A stretch of 64,000 nt of DNA from an uncultured Alphaproteobacteria bacterium (GTDB taxonomy: Bacteria; Pseudomonadota; Alphaproteobacteria; HIMB59). The notes below the pieces were generated by a model that saw only the letters and a list, made by a program, of their open reading frames with translations, made no database searches and was not told the DNA's origin. This document shows positions 32,839-42,745 of the stretch, in pieces. The position numbers were made by a program, and so were the translations under genes. Location of the stretch: assembly GCA_902599045.1 (NCBI GenBank), contig CACKEA010000001.1, forward strand, positions 204,985-268,984, read 5' to 3'. Each line of letters starts with the position of its first letter. Within the stretch, counting starts at the first letter, position 1.

Positions 32839-33883
32839 GATCCTTATATACACTCAATGTTTTGCTCCAAAAATAGGGGGCATAGAGTCTGTAATGACAA
32901 ACATAGCTCAGTATGCACACACTTCTCAAAACAAGGTAACAGTTTTATCTGATGGCTCTAAACTTTCTTCTTCAGATTTTGATAATAAATGTAAATTTAA
33001 AATTTTTCGTTTTGACCAAATTAAATTTCTGAGAAAAAGGATTAAATCAAGTTTTGCTCACAACTTCTTAAAAGAAAATAAGATTGATTTAATCTTTTTC
33101 GATAGTTGGAAATCACTAGAGACACTAAATACATCAACAAATGCAAAAAAAATTTGCTTAGTTCACGGTAATGAAATTTTAAACTTAAGGAAAAAAGATA
33201 GAATTTTAAATTCAATAAACAAAGCAGACTTGATAATTTTTAACTCTAATTATACAAAAAACAAAACAATTAAAAATTTTAAAATTTCAAAAAAAATTGA
33301 TCAAAAAATTATTTATCCAGCATTCATTGAAAAGATCTTTAAAATTAAAATAATAAAAAAAAAATATGATTTATGTACTGTTGCTAGGTTAGAGTATAGG
33401 AAAGGTCATCATTTAGTATTTGAAGCAATGTCTATTCTAAAAAATAAACACGATATTTTACTTAAATACGCTATTCTTGGAGATGGCCCAGAATTATCAA
33501 GGCTTAAAGATTTGGTAATTAGGCATTCTCTTCATAGTCAAGTAGAATTTATAAATCAGAGTTGCCCAGTTGAAAAAATTTTCAAAAATTCATCTGTCCA
33601 TATCATGCCAACTTTAACAACACCTGAGAGTGTGGAAGGTTTTGGTATATCTAATATTGAAGCAGCATCTTATGGACTACCTTGTATAGTTAGTAATAGT
33701 GGAGGTACACCTGAATCAGTTTGGGATAATGGAATTATTGTTAAAGAGAATAGTCCAAAAGAACTAGTAAACTCAATTATTGATATTTTTAAAAAGTACA
33801 AAACATATAGTAAAAGAAGTTATATATTTGCAAACAAATTTGACTCTCAAAAAAAGATAAAAGAATATTTAAATATTTTGTAG
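32834..33883 (+). CDS. GT4-family glycosyltransferase (probable ATT start at 32834; first ATG 32894)
   Basis: N-terminal KILIYTQCFAPKIGGIE motif lies upstream of the ATG; C-terminal EGFGI..IEA..YGLP. Confidence 0.85.
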   Translation: MKILIYTQCFAPKIGGIESVMTNIAQYAHTSQNKVTVLSDGSKLSSSDFDNKCKFKIFRFDQIKFLRKRIKSSFAHNFLKENKIDLIFFDSWKSLETLNTSTNAKKICLVHGNEILNLRKKDRILNSINKADLIIFNSNYTKNKTIKNFKISKKIDQKIIYPAFIEKIFKIKIIKKKYDLCTVARLEYRKGHHLVFEAMSILKNKHDILLKYAILGDGPELSRLKDLVIRHSLHSQVEFINQSCPVEKIFKNSSVHIMPTLTTPESVEGFGISNIEAASYGLPCIVSNSGGTPESVWDNGIIVKENSPKELVNSIIDIFKKYKTYSKRSYIFANKFDSQKKIKEYLNIL

Positions 33884-34345
33884 AACTTCTTCGTAGCTTG
33901 TTTTTTTTAATTCTCCTGGTTCATCACAGATTAATCTAATAATTTTAAGATTATCTATCAGTATAATAGAGCGAATAAGTCTATAACCCATAAAGCTTTT
34001 TTCATGATTTCTAATTAATTTAGAAGACTCTAAAAATTCATTATTACCATCAGATAAAAATAAGATTTTTGAATCCCCTAATTCTTTTCTCCACAAATCT
34101 AGCACATAGGGATCATTAGTAGTCATACAGCAAATTAGATCTATTTTTTTTTCAGACATTAAATTGTTTGCACCATTGATGAAGGGGGGAAGGTGTTGTA
34201 TGTGACAGGTTGATGTGAACGCGCCAGGAGCACATATTATCAATGTCCTTTTAAATTTAAGGTTATCATGTAGTCCAAAATTCTTAGTCCCATCTGCAGA
34301 AACAGATCTTAAAATAATATCAGGAATTAAATCTCCCTCTTTCAA
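33869..34345 (-). CDS. Peroxiredoxin (Prx5-like)
   Basis: PGAFTSTC...HLP, NDPYV, LSDGN. Confidence 0.88.
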   Translation of the reverse strand: MKEGDLIPDIILRSVSADGTKNFGLHDNLKFKRTLIICAPGAFTSTCHIQHLPPFINGANNLMSEKKIDLICCMTTNDPYVLDLWRKELGDSKILFLSDGNNEFLESSKLIRNHEKSFMGYRLIRSIILIDNLKIIRLICDEPGELKKTSYEEVLQNI

Positions 34346-35505
34346 TTATGGAAAAAGTTTTCTAATGTTTTATGATATATTTTTTCAGTAGTTTTAAGAT
34401 CATCCACTGAAACACATTCATTAACTTTGTGAAGTGTTTTATTAATCGTTCCAAATTCAAAAACAGGACAAACTTCCTGCATAAATCTAGCATCTGATGT
34501 TCCGCCACCAGTATCTTGACTTGCCTCTAATCCAGTTACATCTTTTATTGCTTTAATACAATGCTTTGTAAATGGGCTATCAAAAGCTTGGAAGGGCATA
34601 CCTCTAAAAGTTAATTTCAAATTATATTTACAATTGTTCTCTGAGCAAATCTTAGTTAAATGTTTGTCAAAATAGTTTTGTATTTTTGCTTGATCCCAAT
34701 GATCATTAAATCGCATGTCACCTACAGTAATTAATTTTTCAGGAATAACATTTTTTGCTTTATTATTTAAATTTATTTGGGTGAACTGAAGAGTTGAAGC
34801 TTCAAAGTATTCCGCTCCATCATCAAGTTTCTGATCATCGAAAAAAGAGATTAACTTAGACATGCAATGCAGTGGGTTTTGAGCTAGTTGAGGGTAAGCA
34901 GCATGTCCTTGTTTACCAATAATTTCAATTTGAACATCTACAGCTCCTTTTCTTCCCACTTTTATTTGATCGCCAATTACTTTCTCTGAGGATGATTCAG
35001 TAGCTATTGAGCCATCAATCCTTATATTATTTTCTTTTAACCATTTTACGACCTTCTTCACTCCGTTAACAGAGTCAGCCTCCTCATCTCCTGTGATAAT
35101 AAAACTTATTGTGCCGTTAAAATCCTTGTTTTCTTTGATAAATTTAAAAACACTCACCATACTAGCTGCAGTACAACCCTTCATATCCTCAGACCCACGA
35201 CCATAAAGATATCCATCTTTAATTGTTGGTTCAAAAGGATGAGTGTCCCAATCTTCTAAGTTACCAGGAGGCACTACGTCAACATGACATAAAAAATTAA
35301 AATGTTTTCCATTAGTGTTGGTTGGTCCATATGTAGCCATGATATTGATGACTTCGTAGCTTCCATCCCCATCAAAATTTAATTGTTTCGTTACAAAACC
35401 ATTTTCTTCAAATGTTCTAATTAAAAAGTCAAAAATATCTTGCTTCGCAGGGGTAACAGAATCAAATGATATTAATTTTTTTGATAGTTCTATTGTGTCT
35501 AACAT
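34342..35505 (-). CDS. dapE: Succinyl-diaminopimelate desuccinylase
   Basis: HVDVVP, GRGSEDMKG, GDEE, QGHAAYP, GGGTSDARF; follows dapD. Confidence 0.93.
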   Translation of the reverse strand: MLDTIELSKKLISFDSVTPAKQDIFDFLIRTFEENGFVTKQLNFDGDGSYEVINIMATYGPTNTNGKHFNFLCHVDVVPPGNLEDWDTHPFEPTIKDGYLYGRGSEDMKGCTAASMVSVFKFIKENKDFNGTISFIITGDEEADSVNGVKKVVKWLKENNIRIDGSIATESSSEKVIGDQIKVGRKGAVDVQIEIIGKQGHAAYPQLAQNPLHCMSKLISFFDDQKLDDGAEYFEASTLQFTQINLNNKAKNVIPEKLITVGDMRFNDHWDQAKIQNYFDKHLTKICSENNCKYNLKLTFRGMPFQAFDSPFTKHCIKAIKDVTGLEASQDTGGGTSDARFMQEVCPVFEFGTINKTLHKVNECVSVDDLKTTEKIYHKTLENFFHN

Positions 35506-35506
35506 C

Positions 35507-36337
35507 TTAATCTCTTAACAATTCATTAACTGAGGTTTTTGATCGAGTTTTTTCATCAACAGTTTTGACAATAACAACACAGTACAAAGATGCATCACCT
35601 GTTGAACTTGGAAGACTACCTGGTACAACTACTGAATAAGGAGGAACTTTTCCCATATAAATTTCTTTAGTTTCACGATTATAAATTTTAGTTGAAGCTC
35701 CAATAAATACCCCCATAGATAATACTGAACCCTCTCCAACTATCACACCTTCAGCAACTTCAGATCTAGCACCAATAAAACAATTATCTTCAATTATTAC
35801 AGGATTTGCTTGTAAGGGCTCTAATACGCCACCTATACCTGCACCACCTGAAATATGACAATTTTTTCCAACTTGCGCGCAAGAGCCAACTGTTGCCCAA
35901 GTGTCTACCATAGTACCTTCATCAACATAGGCACCTAGGTTAACAAAACAAGGCATCAAGACAGCACTCTTTGCAATAAAAGCTGACCTCCTTACAACAC
36001 AGTTAGGAACTGCTCTAAAGCCAGCTGATTGAAAATTTTCCGATGTCCAATTTTGAAATTTTGAGGGAACTTTATCCCACCATGAAGTATTCCCATGGCT
36101 GACACTTGGGCCACCGTTGATCATTTCCATATCCTGTATTCTAAAACTTAAAAGTATTACTTTTTTAAGCCATTGATTAACGTGCCAAATATCATCTTTT
36201 TTTTCGCATACTCGAAGCTTTCCTTGATCTAATAAGTTTAGAACATTCTCTATACTTTTTTTTGCTTCGCTATCCTCAATAAAATTAATTTGATCTCTTT
36301 GATCCCATAACTTTTCAATAACTTCTTGATTGCTCAT
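35507..36337 (-). CDS. dapD: Tetrahydrodipicolinate N-succinyltransferase
   Basis: [39 protein letters not shown]. Confidence 0.97.
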   Translation of the reverse strand: MSNQEVIEKLWDQRDQINFIEDSEAKKSIENVLNLLDQGKLRVCEKKDDIWHVNQWLKKVILLSFRIQDMEMINGGPSVSHGNTSWWDKVPSKFQNWTSENFQSAGFRAVPNCVVRRSAFIAKSAVLMPCFVNLGAYVDEGTMVDTWATVGSCAQVGKNCHISGGAGIGGVLEPLQANPVIIEDNCFIGARSEVAEGVIVGEGSVLSMGVFIGASTKIYNRETKEIYMGKVPPYSVVVPGSLPSSTGDASLYCVVIVKTVDEKTRSKTSVNELLRD

Positions 36338-36344
36338 ACTACCT

Positions 36345-37028
36345 TTATATTACGTTTTTTAAGAAATTTTCCAAATCATCAGTAACATGAGAAATATAAC
36401 CTTTTTCATCAATAATTTTTTGAATATCTGCTTGTTGGTTAACATCTTTATTTAAGTTGTATTCTAAATTATTAGTAACCCAAACTGTTTGCCATCCCAT
36501 ATTATGAGGCTCTTTTAAATTGATATGAAGATCTTCAAACATAGCCGTTGAGTTGTTGTCTAAATTAAATTTCTCCTGAAATGAGTCATAAACTTCCTTA
36601 TGGGGTTTTGGCATATAATTACTCTCTGAAATATCAAAACATCCATCAAAAATATCTGTCATATCAAGCTTTTCTAATACTTTTTCGACATGATCCAAGT
36701 TAGCATTTGTAAAAATATATTTTTTTCCATTCAAGTTTTTTAATATTTGTGCCAATGGAATATTTGGCTGAACTACTTCATAATTAATTTGATGAACGTA
36801 GTCTAAATATTCATCAGGGTTAACTTGATGCTCGATCATAAGTCCTCTAAGCGTCGTTCCATACTGATGATAATATTTAGATCTGAGAGCTTGAGCTTCT
36901 CCAGAGGCTAAATTTAATTTTTCCTCAATAAACCTACCCATTAGAATGTGAACTTTATCAAACAAACCACACTCTGCTTTATAAAGGGTGTTATCTAAAT
37001 CAAAAACCCAGTTAGTAATGTTATTCAT
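36345..37028 (-). CDS. Pyrimidine 5'-nucleotidase (HAD family)
   Basis: [26 protein letters not shown]. Confidence 0.88.
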   Translation of the reverse strand: MNNITNWVFDLDNTLYKAECGLFDKVHILMGRFIEEKLNLASGEAQALRSKYYHQYGTTLRGLMIEHQVNPDEYLDYVHQINYEVVQPNIPLAQILKNLNGKKYIFTNANLDHVEKVLEKLDMTDIFDGCFDISESNYMPKPHKEVYDSFQEKFNLDNNSTAMFEDLHINLKEPHNMGWQTVWVTNNLEYNLNKDVNQQADIQKIIDEKGYISHVTDDLENFLKNVI

Positions 37029-37071
37029 AATCGTGTTAAACTAATGTTTATTCTAAAAAAGCCAAGAAGAT

Positions 37072-37647
37072 TTACAAAAATTCAAAAACTTTTTTTTGAA
37101 TTTCAAATATATTATTATTTGTTTTTGAACTAACTATGAAGTTCTCAAATTTATGATTTAATTCGTCTATAAAAGGGGATTTTTCTTTTATTTTTTTATC
37201 ACTCTTAGTGTAACAAATAATAACTTTGTCTTTTATTCTTCTCATGGAGTCAATCATCTCTATATCTATTTTTTTTGGCCCCAAAGAATTATCAATTAAA
37301 ACAAATATTTTCTTTAAGTTTTCACGAGATGTTAAATATTGAGATACAAGATCTGATATTTGAAAGGCTTCTTTTTGAGATATCTTTGCAAATCCATAGC
37401 CTGGAAGATCAACAACCATCATTGAGTCCCCATGATTAAAAAAATTAATTTGTCTTGTTTTGCCTGGTGTATTAGAGATATGTGCTAGTTTTTTCATAAA
37501 AATTGCATTAATTAGACTTGATTTTCCAACATTTGATCTACCAATAAAAGCTATTTCAGGAAAGCTTACGTTAGGATATTGACGAGGTTGTGTTGCGCTT
37601 AGTAAAAACGTTGTTTGTTTTTTAAAGTAATTTGAGACAAGGCTCAT
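37072..37647 (-). CDS. engB: Ribosome biogenesis GTPase EngB/YihA
   Basis: GRSNVGKSS, PGKT, DLPGYG, TKSD. Confidence 0.95.
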   Translation of the reverse strand: MSLVSNYFKKQTTFLLSATQPRQYPNVSFPEIAFIGRSNVGKSSLINAIFMKKLAHISNTPGKTRQINFFNHGDSMMVVDLPGYGFAKISQKEAFQISDLVSQYLTSRENLKKIFVLIDNSLGPKKIDIEMIDSMRRIKDKVIICYTKSDKKIKEKSPFIDELNHKFENFIVSSKTNNNIFEIQKKVFEFL

Positions 37648-39335
37648 TAACTCTTCATAATTTTTCTTTGTATAATGTATTGTTGGGCCATTGATAAAAC
37701 ATTATTTGTTGTCCAATAAATAACTAGCCCTGCTGCAAAGCCACCTAAAATGAAAGTAAATACAATTGGTAATAAACCAAAAATTTTTGCTTGCATCTTG
37801 TCTACTGGAGCAGGGTTTAGTTTAAATTGAATATACATAGAGATACCCATTAAAATTGGCCAAATACCAACATTTAGAATTTGTAATATTCCTGGAACAT
37901 TCCAATCTACAAATCCAAAGAGCACCAATATTCCTGCAGGATCTGGGGCAGATAAATCGTGTATCCATCCTATAAAAGGAGCATGCCTCATCTCTATAGT
38001 TACAAATAAAACTTTATATAGGGCAAAAAATACTGGTATTTGTAAAAGAATTGGTAAACACCCAGCAATAGGGTTTGCCTTCTCTTTCTTATACAAAGCC
38101 ATCATTTCTTTTTGCATTCCAGCTCTATCATCACCATATTGCTCTTTTAGTCTTTGCATTTCAGGAGCAAGTTTTTTCATTTTGGCCATTGATTTAAAGG
38201 ATTGTTGTGCAAGAGGAAAAAAACAAATTCTCATTAGAATTGTAAATATGATAATTGACCAACCAAAATTTCCAACATATCCAAATATAAATTCTAATGT
38301 ATGAAAGATTGGCTTAGTTAAAAAATAAAACCAACCAAAGTCCACTGAACGATCAAACTCTTGAACGCCATATTCTTCCATATATTTATCGATAACTTTT
38401 ACAATTTTAGGTCCAGCAAAAATCATAAAATTATGTGAAATGCTTGCATTGTTTGAAACAGCAATTTTTTGCCCAACAATATCTGTTTGAAAGTTATCTA
38501 CGTTGTCAACAAAGCTATAACTATATGTCTGTTGAACGGGTTCGTTTTGATTAGGAATGATTGCTGTTTGCCAATATTTATCTGTCATTCCGATCCACCC
38601 ACCTATTGAGGGATGTTTAATCTTTTTATCGTCTTTTAAATCATCGTAGTCATATTCTTTCAAAACACTGTCAGTTATTGACAGAGGTCCTTCATGTAAA
38701 ATAAAAAAATTTTGCATTTCAGGAATACCCTGTCTTTTCGATAAACCATATGGATAGAGATCAAAAGAAAGCCCAGAATTATTAATTACTCTTTGATCGA
38801 CACTAAACAAATAGTCTTCATCAAGAGAAATTATTTTCTCAAAAGTAATATTCTGATCACTTGTCCAAGTGAGCTTTACAGGATCATTAATACCTATAGA
38901 GTTTTTATCAGCACTCCAAATACTAGTACTATCAGGCAACTCAATTGTACTATCGGAACTTACCCATCCAGTATCTAAATAATAAGCATTATCAGATCCT
39001 AAGGGGTTTAAAAATTCAATTAAGTCAGAAGTTGGATCTAGAGTTTCTCTAAATTCTTCCAAGATTAAATCATCAATTAGCCCACCATTTAAATTAATAG
39101 AACCTTTAATCTTTGAATTATCAAAGTTTACTCTTCCTGTTTCATTTATTACTTCATTCCTCTCAGCTAAAACAGTAGTTGAAGATTTTTGAATACTAAG
39201 ATCAACTAAGCTTTCACTATTTGTTTGTTCTTCAGTAATTGGTGTTCTCTCCGGTTGAGGCACTAGTAATTGAAAGCCAAAAATGATTGCCATGGAAATA
39301 ATAATTGCTAAAAATAAGTTTTTTTGATTTTCCAT
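37647..39335 (-). CDS. yidC: Membrane protein insertase YidC
   Basis: DFGWF, GNFG.SII, NP.AGCLP, ELRHAP-like EMRHAPF, YWTTNN. Confidence 0.96.
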   Translation of the reverse strand: MENQKNLFLAIIISMAIIFGFQLLVPQPERTPITEEQTNSESLVDLSIQKSSTTVLAERNEVINETGRVNFDNSKIKGSINLNGGLIDDLILEEFRETLDPTSDLIEFLNPLGSDNAYYLDTGWVSSDSTIELPDSTSIWSADKNSIGINDPVKLTWTSDQNITFEKIISLDEDYLFSVDQRVINNSGLSFDLYPYGLSKRQGIPEMQNFFILHEGPLSITDSVLKEYDYDDLKDDKKIKHPSIGGWIGMTDKYWQTAIIPNQNEPVQQTYSYSFVDNVDNFQTDIVGQKIAVSNNASISHNFMIFAGPKIVKVIDKYMEEYGVQEFDRSVDFGWFYFLTKPIFHTLEFIFGYVGNFGWSIIIFTILMRICFFPLAQQSFKSMAKMKKLAPEMQRLKEQYGDDRAGMQKEMMALYKKEKANPIAGCLPILLQIPVFFALYKVLFVTIEMRHAPFIGWIHDLSAPDPAGILVLFGFVDWNVPGILQILNVGIWPILMGISMYIQFKLNPAPVDKMQAKIFGLLPIVFTFILGGFAAGLVIYWTTNNVLSMAQQYIIQRKIMKS

Positions 39336-39336
39336 A

Positions 39337-39591
39337 TTATTTTCTTACAGGATCGTACCCCGATGAACCTAAAGGGTTACATTTTATAATTCGAAGAGTT
39401 CCTTTTGTTATCCCTTTTAAAACACCAAATTCTTGAATGGCTTCAATTGTATACTGAGAGCATGTCGGAAGATGTCTACAAGTGTTGGGTAACATAGGTG
39501 ATATAAATAATTGATAGATTTTTATAGGAGCAATAAAAAGTATCTTCCAGAGTTTTTTAATATTATTTTTCATATGATATGAATTTTTCAA
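39337..39591 (-). CDS. yidD: Membrane protein insertion efficiency factor
   Basis: YQ..ISP...CR..PTCS.Y, CNP.G..GYDP. Confidence 0.93.
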   Translation of the reverse strand: MKNSYHMKNNIKKLWKILFIAPIKIYQLFISPMLPNTCRHLPTCSQYTIEAIQEFGVLKGITKGTLRIIKCNPLGSSGYDPVRK

Positions 39592-39892
39592 TATCTTGTT
39601 TTAAATCAATAAAAGGTACTTTCAAAACTGTTTTTTTTAGAATTAACACAAATTTAACTTGATTTAATGTATTTATAAGACTGCTTGTACGAATTGCTTC
39701 TCTGGTTCTTCTTTTAGCTCTATTCCTTTCAACGGCATTTCCAAGCTTTTTACTGGCAATGATACCAACTAGAAAAGACTCTAAATTAGCATCATTGAGA
39801 ATATAACCATTAAAATATGAACTTTTAAAATAGTGACCTTTATTTCTAATTTGAGAAAATTCGGATGATTTTTTTAGAGTTGGGAGTCTCAA
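39563..39892 (-). CDS. rnpA: Ribonuclease P protein component
   Basis: SKKLGNAVERNRAKRR RNR motif; between rpmH and yidD. Confidence 0.92.
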   Translation of the reverse strand: MRLPTLKKSSEFSQIRNKGHYFKSSYFNGYILNDANLESFLVGIIASKKLGNAVERNRAKRRTREAIRTSSLINTLNQVKFVLILKKTVLKVPFIDLKQDIEKFISYEK

Positions 39893-39895
39893 TAA

Positions 39896-40030
39896 TTAGG
39901 CTGATAGTCTAGATCGACCTTTAGCTCTTCTTGCATTAATAACTTTACGACCGCCAACAGTTGCCATTCTAGAGCGAAAACCGTGTCTTCTTTTTCTAAC
40001 TAATTGGCTGGGTTGATATGTTCTTTTCAT
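39896..40030 (-). CDS. rpmH: 50S ribosomal protein L34 (44 aa, not in ORF track)
   Basis: Manual translation [44 protein letters not shown]. Confidence 0.98.
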   Translation of the reverse strand: MKRTYQPSQLVRKRRHGFRSRMATVGGRKVINARRAKGRSRLSA

Positions 40031-40103
40031 TATTATTACACCTAAAAAATAGGTTCCTACATTTAACAATTATTGATATGAAGTCAATAAATAAAAACAA
40101 ATT

Positions 40104-40934
40104 ATGCTGATAATTAAAGATATTTCTAATTTGCAGTCCTATTTGAGCGCTTATCAAAATCGAAAATATTCAATTGGTTATGTGCCAACAATGGGAGCTC
40201 TTCACAAAGGACATGGTGAATTAATCAAGCAATCAAAAAAAGATAATCACAAAACTATTGTTAGTATTTTTGTTAATGAAAAACAATTTAGTAGTAAAGA
40301 GGATTTTGAAACCTATCCAAGGAATAAAGGTTTTGACTATGATTTCTGCACAGACAATGAGGTAGACATACTATTTGAACCCTCATCTGAAGAAATATTT
40401 AAAAATGATGAAACACTACTAAGTAATAAAAATTTTAAAGATATTCTTTGTGATAAATTTAGAAGAGGACACTTTGACGGTGTTATCACTGTTCTTGATA
40501 AATTTTTTTCAATTATAAAAAGTAATAAAGTTTATTTTGGCGAAAAAGATTATCAGCAACTAAAGATCATAGAGAAATTTATTGAAGAAAAATACAAATC
40601 TTTAGACTTAGTTTCTGTCCCAACACAAAGACACGAAGAGGGAATAGCTTATTCATCAAGAAATGAAAAACTAAGTAAAAAGCAAACTCAAGATTTTGTA
40701 GATTTTCATAAAAAAGTTAAAAATTTTATAGGCTCTCTTGAAGGATCTTTAGACATTGAAACAGCTAACCAAAAAGCAAATGATTTTATGAAATTACAAG
40801 ATATTGATAAGTTTGATTATTTTGAATTCAGAAATGATACTGATCTAAGTTTTGAAGGTACTGTGCCTCAAGCCAGACTTTTTTATGCAATCTATAAAGG
40901 TAAAGTTAGATTAATTGATAATTTAAAAGTTTAA
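40104..40934 (+). CDS. panC: Pantoate--beta-alanine ligase
   Basis: VPTMGALH.GH, SIFVN..QF, R.GHFDGV, FGEKDYQQ, SSRN, RLIDN. Confidence 0.95.
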   Translation: MLIIKDISNLQSYLSAYQNRKYSIGYVPTMGALHKGHGELIKQSKKDNHKTIVSIFVNEKQFSSKEDFETYPRNKGFDYDFCTDNEVDILFEPSSEEIFKNDETLLSNKNFKDILCDKFRRGHFDGVITVLDKFFSIIKSNKVYFGEKDYQQLKIIEKFIEEKYKSLDLVSVPTQRHEEGIAYSSRNEKLSKKQTQDFVDFHKKVKNFIGSLEGSLDIETANQKANDFMKLQDIDKFDYFEFRNDTDLSFEGTVPQARLFYAIYKGKVRLIDNLKV

Positions 40935-40936
40935 AT

Positions 40937-41011
40937 TGGCGGTTCTGCAAGGATTCGAACCCTGAATTCTTGATCCGTAGTCAAGTGTGATATCCGTTTC
41001 ACCACAGAACC
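40937..41011 (-). tRNA. tRNA-Arg(ACG), 75 nt with encoded CCA
   Basis: Full cloverleaf: GGTTCTG/CAGAACC acceptor, GTGA/TCAC D-stem, CTTGA-CTACGGA-TCAAG anticodon arm, TTCGAAT T-loop. Confidence 0.97.
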
Positions 41012-41066
41012 TTAATCAAAGTATATCACCATTATTCAATCGTTGTACTTAATCCTACGAAACCTA

Positions 41067-41083
41067 TACGGGCTCTATACGGG
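41067..41083 (+). repeat. Paired direct repeat TACGGG-N5-TACGGG (putative integrase arm site), cassette 1 left
   Basis: tacggg-ctcta-tacggg, 56 nt from tRNA 5' end. Confidence 0.7.
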
Positions 41084-41105
41084 CAAAGGTTTCAGAAAGG
41101 TGAAT

Positions 41106-41435
41106 ATGGGAAGTATAACTAAACGAAAGATGAAAGATGTAAAGGGCAATCGGTATGTCTTGTTCCAAGCTGAAGTGAACATGAAGGGACAAAGATACTC
41201 CCGTGCTTTTCAATATATGCGGGAAGCAAAGGCTTACATAAGCGAACAAGAGGGATTAATCAGTAGAGGTTGTTTGTCGGGGGGAGGGAACAACGTTGTG
41301 TTTCCTCCACCCTTAGTGTTGCAGAGGTGTGAAATCTTCAAACCTCTAGTTAAAGGGGTAAAGTTCCCAAACTGCTTTGCCATCTGCATCGGCTTCGTAA
41401 GTAAATGCGTAAAATTTACCATTCAGTTCAGATAA
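41106..41435 (+). pseudogene. Tyrosine integrase remnant: N-terminal arm-binding domain only
   Basis: MGSITKRK...FQAEV..KG.RYSRAF....EAKAY...E..I.RG resembles integrase N-termini; no core-binding or R-H-R-Y catalytic domain follows. Confidence 0.6.
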
Positions 41436-41750
41436 CGCTTCAGATGTGGTTTCGAATATAGCGCCGCCTCTAAAAGAAGTGCCTCCATCTTTCCTCTGGT
41501 TTCCGACACCCGTAGCTTTATATGTGGCGACACCTTCTGCACACATTACAACCCCAGCATAGGCATTTCCTGCCCATGAACCATCTGGTCTCATTTCGGC
41601 TGTAAATGAGCCAATAGACTGAACATCATGACCTAGCATCGTTCCGCTCCCTTCAGCAGTAATGTCCATAGCAGGTAAACCATATTTACCAGAGACTATT
41701 GGCTTATTAGTTTCCTGTAATGTCATTGTTCCAATTTTATCACCAAGCAT
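41346..41750 (-). CDS. Hypothetical beta-rich protein (134 aa)
   Basis: Clean ORF with AGGAG RBS upstream; GC-richer than flanks. Confidence 0.75.
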   Translation of the reverse strand: MLGDKIGTMTLQETNKPIVSGKYGLPAMDITAEGSGTMLGHDVQSIGSFTAEMRPDGSWAGNAYAGVVMCAEGVATYKATGVGNQRKDGGTSFRGGAIFETTSEALSELNGKFYAFTYEADADGKAVWELYPFN

Positions 41751-41936
41751 TGTTAATCTCCTTTTCTAAAATTTATATAATAAATAATTATAATAATTAC
41801 TTGCTTATAATAAATTTAAATTTTTGTTATTATTTTATTACAAAGATTTGTAGAGTTTTAAAATTGAAAGCACTAAGCTAATAAAAAAAAATAGAAGAAC
41901 AAAACCAAAGTACTGGCACCCAAGACTTGATTTTTC

Positions 41937-42419
41937 ATGAAAAAAATACTCCCCATCCTTTTACTTTTTTGCCATGTATCGGTGGCCAGTGAAATGAAAC
42001 TAATTGGAGAGGGAACATTGACCGTTCTATTCTTTAAAGTATATGACATTCGCCTCTTATCCGACTCCAAGCTCTTTTCATGGGAGAATAAATTTCAATT
42101 AGAGTTTGAATACAGACGTAACATTACCAAGGAGCGTGTGATTGACTCGTCTTTAAAGGAACTCAAACGCCAGCATAACGTCACCGAGCAAAACCTCGAG
42201 GAATGGAAAACATACCTTGAAGAGGTCATCCAACCATTACAAGAGGGCAGCAAAGCAACAATAGAATGGAACCCCCAAGGAACAATTACGTTTCAAAATG
42301 AAGGGTTGAAGTCAGTGACGATTAAAGATGAGAGTTTTGCTCGCTCTTATTTAAAGATATGGCTAGGTGAGGAAACTTCACAACCCAACCTCCAAAGTCA
42401 ATTATTGGGCGAGAATTGA
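41937..42419 (+). CDS. Chalcone isomerase-like fold protein, exported
   Basis: Signal peptide; G.GTL..LFFKVYD and IWLG..TSQP.L..QLLG patterns. Confidence 0.7.
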   Translation: MKKILPILLLFCHVSVASEMKLIGEGTLTVLFFKVYDIRLLSDSKLFSWENKFQLEFEYRRNITKERVIDSSLKELKRQHNVTEQNLEEWKTYLEEVIQPLQEGSKATIEWNPQGTITFQNEGLKSVTIKDESFARSYLKIWLGEETSQPNLQSQLLGEN

Positions 42420-42536
42420 CAAAGGGTCTAATCAGAGGTTACATATAGCAAAATGGAATACTACTTTAAAAAAGCAATAAATTAATAATGGCAATAGAGA
42501 TTAAAACAAATCTGAAATGCAAAAGGGATGTATTTC

Positions 42537-42691
42537 ATTACGGGCTCTATACGGGCGACATTGATAAAATGTTGTTAAAGCTCCAAGAATAGTATTGATA
42601 ATAAATAAATTAAAGAAACGTAGGATATCCGTAGTCAAATGTGATATCCGTTTCACCACAGAACCATTAGCTTGATTTATATACTCTTTTT
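42537..42691. repeat. 155-bp att-like repeat, copy A (arm + tRNA-Arg 5' half + promoter-side 26 bp)
   Basis: Ungapped alignment to 43681-43835 with 16 mismatches in 155 nt. Confidence 0.92.
42539..42555 (+). repeat. Paired direct repeat TACGGG-N5-TACGGG, cassette 1 right
   Basis: tacggg-ctcta-tacggg, 88 nt before core. Confidence 0.7.
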
Positions 42692-42721
42692 TTAGATAAT
42701 AAACTTTTATACAATGTTCAT

Positions 42722-42738
42722 TACGGACTCATTACGGG
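42722..42738 (+). repeat. Paired direct repeat TACGG(A/G)-N5-TACGGG, cassette 2 left
   Basis: tacgga-ctcat-tacggg, 57 nt from core end. Confidence 0.65.
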
Positions 42739-42745
42739 CAAAACT

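Larger units (their letters stand above)
41012..42665. mobile_element. Integrative cassette 1 in tRNA-Arg (integrase remnant + 2 cargo genes)
   Basis: Bounded by intact tRNA and 39-bp tRNA 5'-half copy (42627-42665, 38/39 identical); paired TACGGG motifs near both ends; GC-richer genes. Confidence 0.8.

Noticed and set aside
41064-42070. Minus-strand ORFs 41064-41249, 41234-41422 and 41873-42070
   Set aside because: Antisense or overlapping shadows of better-supported ORFs, no recognisable motifs or RBS
42416-42446. TTGACA promoter-like hexamer at the end of the chalcone-isomerase-like gene
   Set aside because: No good -10 at 16-18 nt spacing and no downstream ORF of convincing length
42627-42665. 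Additional functional tRNA genes (also 43771-43809)
   Set aside because: Sequence diverges right after the anticodon loop; no T-arm or 3' acceptor strand
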